Below are positions 1 to 7,519 of a stretch of DNA of 9,869 nucleotides, piece after piece. The position numbers were made by a program, and so were the translations under genes. The notes beneath the pieces are model-generated. The model saw nothing but the letters and a program-made list of their open reading frames with translations, had not been told where the DNA came from and ran no database searches. The first letter of the stretch is position 1. Each line of letters starts with the position of its first letter. The DNA comes from Selaginella moellendorffii (taxonomy: Eukaryota > Plantae > Lycopodiophyta). Where the stretch lies: assembly GCF_000143415.4 (NCBI RefSeq), contig NW_003314600.1:1-9869 (forward strand), given 5' to 3'.

Positions 1-391
1 GAGATGGACCCGAGATGGACCCGAGATGGAGTCCAAGATGGAGTCCGAGGTGGACCCGAGATGGACCCGAGATGGAGTTCGAGATGGAGTCCAAGATGGA
101 GTCCCAGTTGGACCTGAGATGGACCTGAGATGGAGTCCGAGATGGAGTCCGAGGTGGACCCGAGATGGACCCGAGATGGAGTTCGAGATGGAGTCCGAGG
201 TGGACCCGAGATGGACCCGAGATGGAGTCCGAGATGGAGTCCGAGGTGGACCCGAGATGGACCCGAGATGGAGTCCGAGATGGAGTCTGAGGTGGATCCA
301 AGATGGACCCGAGATGGACCCGAGATGGAGTCCGAGATGGAGTTCGAGGTGGACCCAAGATGGAGTCCGAGATGGACCTGAGATGGAGTCC
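1..391 (+). repeat. LTR-internal minisatellite of 11/12-bp units with a 46-bp higher-order repeat
   Basis: Units are A=GAGATGGACCC, B=GAGATGGAGTCC and C=GAGGTGGACCC, mostly ordered B-B-C-A (e.g. 127-172, 173-218, 219-264). Confidence 0.97.
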
Positions 392-481
392 GAAGTCAAG
401 ACCGAGACCGAGACCGGGACCGAGACCGAGGCCGAGGCCGAGGCCAAGACCGAGCCCAAGTCCGAGTCCGAGTCCGAGTCT
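392..481 (+). repeat. GAGNCC hexamer tract (15 units)
   Basis: gaagtc aagacc gagacc...gaggcc...gagtcc gagtct in a continuous 6-bp phase. Confidence 0.95.
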
Positions 482-743
482 GAGAGGGTGAAAGCCCAAA
501 GCATTCGTCTCCCAGACCCTGGGGGGTTTGGTGAGCTCCAAAAGTATAGTAAGGGGGAGGACTGCAGTGGAGCCAGTTTTGCCAGGAAAGGTCAGTTTGG
601 CCCAGGAAGGCCGGACTCAGTGTTGGGTGATGAGCTACCCATTGGGAAGTCCAAGACTAGAGTGAACACTGACCGACAAGCGGGGTAGTTTGGTGAAGTG
701 TTCAAGAGCCGGCTCTAGTTCCCCCGGGAGATCGAATGGTCGA

Positions 744-1139
744 TTAGCATCTTTAGGATGCCCGCAGACATGGGGAATAGCCTTCCCCAACAAATCTTTT
801 CCAGTCCCCACCAAGTCCCTTTTAGTCCATGGCCATGTTCGCCAACACTGCCACTGGATCAAGGCCCATAGGCCCGACCACTAAGTCCCACTATCCTTTG
901 GGACTTCCTCACCATATGACCGTATCCTTGGTCACTACATTAGAGGCCTATTCTTCTTCCCTTTCACCGTTTGGGACTTTGGGACAACATTTCGGAACAC
1001 CGTGGCCTTACGCAAGCCTCCTGGGTACTCTCCCCGCCTTTCGCCTTTAGGTGCTCTAGCCATGGGCTTAGAGCGAGGTTCTGTTGAGCCATGATAGGTA
1101 TCCAAGTAGGTAGTGCCACCCACACTTGGACTAGGAGCA
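744..1139 (-). other. 396-bp inverted segment within LTR1
   Basis: Its reverse complement matches LTR2 6799-7179 and LTR3 8924-9319, while the flanks on both sides are in direct orientation. Confidence 0.93.
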
Positions 1140-1215
1140 AGTAGATATGGGATGATCACTCACGGACGGATGGCCCAGTCTTTGAGATACAGGACTATGA
1201 TGCAGCTGGCGTTAG

Positions 1216-1353
1216 NNNNNNNNNNNNNNNNNNNNNNNNNNNNNNNNNNNNNNNNNNNNNNNNNNNNNNNNNNNNNNNNNNNNNNNNNNNNNNNNNNNNN
1301 NNNNNNNNNNNNNNNNNNNNNNNNNNNNNNNNNNNNNNNNNNNNNNNNNNNNN
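1216..1353. other. Assembly gap (138 N)
   Basis: Run of N. The flanks match 7257 and 7396, so the gap has the same length as 7258-7395. Confidence 0.99.
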
Positions 1354-1480
1354 ATTCTCGGGGCTAGCAAGCCTCAAGTCCTAACTGGGACTTATGGAGG
1401 TTGTGAATGAGACTCCTCCAAGTGGTCGGAGGTGCGGTTAAGTGACTAAAGTAAAATGGAAAAATTAATCGCTTACAACT

Positions 1481-1492
1481 TGGTATCAGAGC
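1481..1492 (+). promoter_or_regulatory. Primer-binding site (initiator tRNA-Met)
   Basis: TGGTATCAGAGC, the canonical plant tRNA-iMet PBS, 3 nt after the LTR end TTACA. Confidence 0.95.
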
Positions 1493-3349
1493 TGTTCCTT
1501 AATCTGACTTTTATTGGTGCTCAAGTATATCACCACTAGCATTGGCATCGGAAGGTCCGAGGAGTGGGCCTATCCTCGAGGAGTAGCAGGTCGGGAAGAC
1601 ATGGCTCTCCATTACAATTCATGTGTGAACTTGTAGACGAGGTGGTAGATAGAAAAGGGCCAATAATGGAATGACTTTGGGATCTTGGGAACAGTGCAAG
1701 GTTTTCCTCATTGAGTTGAGGATGTGATCCAGATGAGCGTTTGACTCAGCAAACTGGCTGATGTAGTTGTGGTAAACAACTATAGTTGGGATCACAGGGA
1801 AGATATAGACTCCAAAACAATAAAGGAGTCACAAGATTACCCTCATGAAGTTGAGGTTGGTGCTCATGAATGGGAGACCAGAAGTAATGACCGCGGGAGG
1901 TCAAATATGGAAAAGGACTCAAGTCCTTGAAATGGTAGCCAAAGCTACCTCTAATAAATGCTAGAATAACCCAAGGAGTTGGGGGTGTATTTAGAGGATG
2001 AGTTGGTATTCTCATCACATGGACAAGTGGTCCTAAGGGGTGAAAGGTTGCCCTTAGAGAACAAATCAAGTGTCGGAGTAACACTTGCAAAAGATGGTCC
2101 TTGTGAGTAGGACATAAATACAAGGAGTTGTATTCCAGTGACCTAGCACCTCAAAAGTAGGACCTCATAGGTCGTTGGATTAACAAAGTCCTAAAAGCTT
2201 GAGGAAAGCATTTGGACTGAGGTGTGTGGTGCCCCACGAAGGATGGGGAGGATCTTGAGATCCAAGTATGAGAGCAGTATGTATTTCATTGATGGCAGAA
2301 GGTGCCATATTAAAGTCGTGGGAAAGAGTTTCCCAGAAGAAAACAACTTTGACACAAAGTTGTGCATGAACTCTATGATGCAGTGCTAATGGATAATTGG
2401 CATAAGAGACAACCATATTGGTTTTGGCAAAAATACCTGGACACAAGTAAGAAGTGTCATAAAGGTAGGCTCGTGGAGCCGATGGTGTGGAGACACCGAA
2501 GGTGCCAAGACGTGCTGCCTTGAGGTCAAGTTGGTGGGTTCACGAGAACCCCATCCAAAAGAATCCCAATAGAAATTGGGAATGGCATAGCCTAAACTGG
2601 AAGGCATGCGGTTAGAGTGTGGTGACCCAGATAATGATGGGGGTGTGGAAGCACCAGCAATGAGTTGTAGGACTTGACAACTATGAGGCAACTAAACAAA
2701 AGGTGCAAAATGATTCGTTAAACTGGTAGAAGGAAACTACTTAAGACTTCTTATCGGGATAAAGAAGTTAGATATACCCTTATGAGGGATAAATTGCTTA
2801 TGCTGCGAAATAGCAGATCAATGTCGTAAAGGGAATGCTCATTGCCAAAGAGGCCATCATTGGGACACCCAAGCACTCTAGAACACCAGAAGGTGGTGTT
2901 TGGTGTCATGAGGGCAATGGATAATGCCCAAGGGACAAAGTCCTTAGCTAATGAAGGGTAGGAGGTGCTATCCAAATGTCCAAAGTTGCGGAGACGGGAG
3001 AAGTCCGTCTACCCAAATTGGACAAAGCCAAAAGGGGGATTTTGGCAAGGCTAAGGATGGGCATATAAAGGCCCACAAGTAGCAACGGTAATCCTAGGGT
3101 ATGGGATTACAATGTGAGTAAACCCGGATTAAGGAACCACTCCTAGGCTGTCGGGTAGGTTCATCCCTATGAATACTTGCTAAAACATGGTAGAAAGTGC
3201 AAAGCTATCTTCCTAGTCTAGAGGAGAATGACTGAAGGAAATGTGTGAGGCCAAAAGGCAAGTAGTAAAGGGATAGAACCGAACCATAGGAATTGACAAG
3301 CATGACCACGGGTGGTTATGCAAGTTGGGAGTGGAGAACTAAGTGGGTG

Positions 3350-5482
3350 TTTAAGCATGTTGTTACTAATGACCGGGATGCCATGGACAGTAAAAAACAT
3401 GGGATTGTCCATGTTAGACTATATATCAATTGGAAAATTTGCGAAAGGAGAGGCCTTAGCAAGCTAAAGGGACAAAGTTCCTTCGAAAGGTTCCCAAAGA
3501 CAATTCTAGGTAGCTAGATACCTAGAAAGCCAAATGTAAATGGTTCATAGAATGCACGAAATCAGAGTGGCACAGCAGAAGCGTGGTCTTGAAGTTTGCC
3601 ATGAGGCAAGGCAATCAAGATTGGGGAAGTAGTTTTCGAGTGTTCAAAGAGAGGGCTTTGAACTAAAGTCAATGGTTAAGGACTTTCACGCTTATGCATG
3701 AACCATGTTACGGTGGCCTGATGATTTGCTAAGTGAGATTGGCAAGTCGGGGGGAACAACTACCCTAGTTGAAGGTGCTAACTTCAAAAGGGCGGCCCAT
3801 GGGGCCTGGCATGGAGGAGTCCATGCATCATCACAAACATGTCAAGTGAGAGGACTTGGTAGGGTGGAGGAACTAGGTTCCTAAGCTGTGATCTATAGCG
3901 CGCTTTAAATATAAGTTGGTGCACCGGCGTGGGGAGTCACGCCAAACATCTGGTATGATGCCGTCCGTAGATGCATATACGAAGGTTGGGTTTGAGTCCC
4001 GACCCTCTAGTGCTTGGGTTCGAGTCCCAAATCACTAGGGCGTGGTGATGGTTTGGAATATGAGGACACTCATTTTTCGGTGGTCATGGACTCTCAGTGG
4101 GGAGGCTGGTTTGGGCACACCGCCAAGCGAGGGATGCCTCGGAGTCGTGATGCATGGTTAGATTGCTTAGTGTGAAAGCTCAACATATCTAACTTGAACG
4201 CTTTGGTGCAAGTGGCACTAAGGACGTGGTGAGTGAGATGGGGACACCTAATCTCAGTTGCTATGGACCCTTGGCCGTAAGGGCTGGCTTGGGTGCACCG
4301 CCAAGTGTGGGGGATGCCCCCAGGGTTATGGTCAACAACTTGAAGGTCTAGAAGACCAAGTACCTCTTGGCAACTCTGTTAGGGTGCCAAGGTGAGATCA
4401 CTAGGTGATCTTATGGCCAAAATAAAGACAAGGTCCTTGGTTGGCTAAAGAATAAAGTTCCTGGTTCAAAATGTTAATTTGAACTATTTAAGATGGTGTG
4501 GCTTGGTCAAGGTGACCAAGTGGGAAGAGCACCTAAGGGAAATAGGCTGTGTTCGTGCGATGGCATAATGAGTCTGAGGAAAGTAGTCTCTATAAGAGAC
4601 CCATGGGAGGGTCACGAAGTTGGGCCGTGGATAGAGCCCACAGCAGAAGATGCTAAAGAGACATACTAGGGGTGAACATCCTCCGGACTTGGCAAAGAAG
4701 AGTCTTTGCTATGGAACCAAAGGGATACCTCGAAAATGGAGGTAGCGATCCTATGTTGCTGGGTGCAACAATCAAGGATAAGAGCAAAAGACTGTGGCTA
4801 AATAAAGAGCTATGGGAATCATGGGAAAGAATCCAAATGACAAAGTTAGGCCAAGAACACTAAGGTGTTGAGTGCTAACGGATTGTCGGAAAGGCAATGT
4901 GTTCCCAAGGATGGATTCCCAATTTGCTTCGATTTGGCAAAAGTGGAAGCTCCAAGGGTGGGAGCAATAAGGTAACCAAATGATAGGGCCGTGGACAGCC
5001 CTAGCACAAAATATGATAACTGGAACTTAGTGCCAAAGGTGGCATGAAATCGAACAGAGGATGATGGTGCCCTCAAATAAAAAACTTCCTAGGACGGGAA
5101 GTGGAGTTGCACCATGTGCAATGTAAGGTGTTGGAGACACCTAGGAGATTGACTCTGAGAAGTCAAAATTAAAAGTTCCAAAGTGCAAAGGTTAAGTCGA
5201 TGGAATCTAAGAATACTCGAGAATGAGTAGTGGAATTGAGTTAGAGAAGGTGTCTCTAATGGGTTTAGCGAGAACTAAATTAATAAAAGGGAGCAAACCA
5301 CCCCAAGTGGCCGAATGAGTCTTTATGTTGGAGAGACTATGCTCCTTAGAGGATGGATAAGGCATGATGAGCCTTCAATGTAAAACCATAGACAAATATT
5401 GGCTGAGTGCCAAGGATGGAAATGGTAACACATGTGGGTGTTACTTTACAAAATGGTTTACCGTTCGATGAGGATATCGAAC
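3350..5482 (+). pseudogene. Possible highly eroded Ty3/gypsy integrase/chromodomain remnants
   Basis: Short motif echoes only: FKHVV-T-NDRD (3350-3379), GQSSFE (3470-3487), ELFKMV (4481-4498), VVSIRDP (4583-4603), WQR..A...KGY and SWERIQM (ORF 4672-4863), and YFTKW (5442-5456) near the PPT. They resemble chromovirus IN motifs FKHVV, SDRDP, G.SPFE, ELFK, PWES.SM and YLVKW, but are not strictly colinear. Confidence 0.33.
4085..4318 (+). repeat. Diverged direct repeat pair (4085-4138 and 4262-4318)
   Basis: Shared blocks ATGGAC, GGCTGGYTTGGGYRCACCGCCAAG and GGGATGCC occur in the same order about 178 bp apart. Confidence 0.75.
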
Positions 5483-5491
5483 TTCATCTAT

Positions 5492-5501
5492 GGGTGGTGG
5501 A
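5492..5501 (+). promoter_or_regulatory. Polypurine tract (imperfect)
   Basis: GGGTGGTGGA followed by TT and the LTR start TGTGAG. It is interrupted by two T. Confidence 0.7.
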
Positions 5502-5699
5502 TTTGTGAGATACAAAATCCCTAGGCCCCAAAGTGGAGCCGAAAGGGTGCCATGTGGTAGTGGCTAAAGCGAAATCCAAACGAGCGTAACACGATTGGAC
5601 TAAAAGCTCCGACTTGAAAGGTCAAGAGCGGGAGTGGAACTCCCAACGAAGTGCTCAAGGAACGAGCACGAAGTGAGCAATAAGCAAGGCTCCAAAAAG

Positions 5700-6398
5700 G
5701 GACCCGAGATGGAGTCCGAGATGGACCCGAGCTGGAGTCCGAAGTGGAGTCCGAGAAGGACTCGAGATGGAGTCCGAGATGGAGTCCGAGATGGAGTCTG
5801 AGGTGGACCCGAGATGAACCCGAGATGGAGTCCGAGATGGAGTCCGAGGTGGACCTGAGATGGACCCGAGATGGAGTCCGAGATGGAGTCCGAAGTGGAC
5901 CCAAGATGGACCCGAGATGGAGTCTGAGATGGAGTCCGAGGTGGACCCGAGATGGACCCAAGATGGAGTCCGAGATGGAGTCCGAGGTGGAATCCGAGGT
6001 GGACCCGAGATGGACCCGAGATGGAGTCCGAAGTGGACCCGAGATGGACCCGAGATGGAGTCCGAGATGGAGTCCGAGGTGGACCCGAGATGGACCCGAG
6101 ATGGAGTCCGAGATGGAGTCCGAAGTGGACCCAAGATGGACCCAAGATGGAGTCCGAGATGGAGTCCGAGATGGAGTCCGAGGTGGACCCGAGATGGACC
6201 CGAGATGGAGTCTGAGGTGGACCCGAGATGGACCCGAGATGGAGTTTGAGATGGAGTTTGAGATGGAGTCTGAGATGGAGTTCGAGATGGAGTCTGAGGT
6301 GGACCCGAGATGGACCCGAGATGGAGTCCGAGGTGGACCCGAGATGGACCCGAGATGGAGTCCGAGATGGAGTCCGAGATGGACCTGAGATGGAGTCT
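5700..6398 (+). repeat. LTR-internal 11/12-bp minisatellite (about 700 bp)
   Basis: Same A/B/C units as 1-391, with a more degenerate 5' edge (gagctg, gaagtg and gagaaggactc variants). Confidence 0.97.
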
Positions 6399-6536
6399 GA
6401 AGTCAAGACCGAGAGCGAGACCGAGATCGAGATTGGGACCGAGACCGAGACCGAGACCAAGACCAAGGCCGAGGCCGAGGCCGAGACCAAGCCCAAGTCC
6501 GAGTCCGAGTCCGAGTCCGAGTCTGAGTTTGAGTCT
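6399..6536 (+). repeat. GAGNCC hexamer tract (23 units)
   Basis: 138 bp in 6-bp phase, with the same start (gaagtc aagacc) and end (gagtct) as 392-481. Confidence 0.95.
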
Positions 6537-7519
6537 GAGAGGGTGAAAGCCCAAAGCGTTTGTCTCCCAAACCCTGGGGGGTTTGGTGAGCTCCAAAAGT
6601 ATAGTAAGGGGGAGGACTACAGTGGAGCTAGTTTGGCTAGGAAAGGCCAGTTTGGCCCAGGAAGGCCGGACCCAGTGTTGGGTGATGAGCTGCCCATTGG
6701 GAAGTCCAAGACTAGAGTGAACATGGACCGACAAGCGGGGTAGCTTGGTGAAGTGTTCAAGAGCCGGCTCTAGTTCCCTCGGGAGATCGACTAGCCGATG
6801 CTTCCAATCCAAGTGTGGGTGGCACTACCTATTTGGATACCTGTCGTGGCTCAACGGAACCTTGCTCTAAGCCCATGGCTAGAGCACCTAAAGGCGAAAG
6901 GCGGGGAGAGTACCCAGGAGGCTTGCGTAAGGCCACAGTGTTCCGAAATGTTGTCCCAAAGTCCCAAACAGTGAAAGGGAAGAGGAGTAGGCCTCTAATG
7001 CAGTGACCAAGGATACGGTCATATGGTGAGGAAGTCCCAAAGGATAGTGGGACTTAGTGGTCGGGCCTGTGGCAGTGTTGGCGAACACGGCCATGGACTA
7101 AAAGAGACTTGGTGAGGACTGGAAAAGAGTTGTCGGGGAAGGCTATTCCCCATGTCTGCGGGCATCCTAAAGATGCTAAGGAGTAGATCTGGGATGATCA
7201 CTCACGGACGGATGGCCCAGTCTTTGAGATACAGGACTATGATGCAGCTGGCGTTAGACCACTGATGTGACCAAGGTGAAAGGGCATGGCCTAGCGTAAC
7301 GGGCTGGTATGTTGGTGGTACCTTGGAGTGCCGATCATGGGATCGAACATGTGGAGCACTTGGACCAAGTGCAAAGGTGGAGTGGCATGGATGCCATTCT
7401 CGGGGCTAGCAAGCCTCAAGTCCTAACTGGGACTTATGGAGGTTGTGAATGAGACTCCTCCAAGTGGTCGGAGGTGCGGTTAAGTGACTAAAGTAAAATG
7501 GAAAAATTAGTCGCTTACA

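Larger units (their letters stand above)
1..1477 (+). repeat. LTR copy 1 (5' part outside window; contains inversion and N gap)
   Basis: Aligns to LTR2: 482-743 to 6537-6798, 744-1139 inverted to 6799-7179, and 1140-1477 to 7182-7519. Ends in CA immediately before the spacer and PBS. Confidence 0.92.
1478..5503 (+). mobile_element. Complete non-coding internal domain (4026 bp), densely hairpin-structured
   Basis: Bounded by PBS and PPT. The longest + strand ORF in the track here is 74 aa. Many perfect short inverted repeats are present (see findings). Confidence 0.88.
5504..7519 (+). repeat. LTR copy 2, complete (2016 bp), shared by two internal domains
   Basis: Termini TGTGAG...CTTACA form a 5/6 inverted repeat. 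It is preceded by a PPT and followed by a PBS. The 5' end is inferred from the PPT and terminal repeat only, because no other copy covers it. Confidence 0.88.

Noticed and set aside
1-391. CRISPR-like array
   Set aside because: The units are contiguous with no unique spacers, there are no cas genes, and the context is a eukaryotic retroelement.
26-688. 220-aa ORF and overlapping ORFs with MESE/PRWS/DGVR repeats
   Set aside because: These are translations of the minisatellite. Several frames are open at once, and the paralogous copy switches frame with unit number.
1746-2123. 125-aa antisense ORF repeated at 7788-8165
   Set aside because: Its conservation is explained by the roughly 99% identical duplicated block, and it has no recognisable motif.
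3718-3760. CTGATGA followed by a stem-loop
   Set aside because: No GAAA follows the stem, so it is not a hammerhead core.
3897-3925. Palindromes AGCGCGCT and GGTGCACC resembling HIV-1 DIS loops
   Set aside because: They are short, far from the leader and not evidently presented in hairpin loops, so likely coincidental.
3940-4040. tRNA gene or tRNA-derived SINE
   Set aside because: Only T-arm-like hairpins are present, with no D/anticodon arms, acceptor stem, clear A-box, tail or TSD.
6599-6607. TATA-box candidate GTATAGTAA, present in all three LTRs
   Set aside because: The position is plausible but it matches the consensus poorly and cannot be supported without TSS data.
5521-6812. 385-, 298-, 214-, 171- and 146-aa ORFs on both strands
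   Set aside because: Low-complexity products of stop-poor tandem repeats inside an LTR, with no recognisable domain.
7251-7297. Hammerhead-ribozyme-like arrangement in the LTR (stem, CTGATGT, ACC-AA-GGT, GAAA, stem), suggesting a retrozyme
   Set aside because: The core has T in place of the invariant A9, lacks a proper stem III and NUH site, and is not conserved in LTR3 (CCAGTGT...TAAA). An Infernal search of family copies with hammerhead models would settle it.
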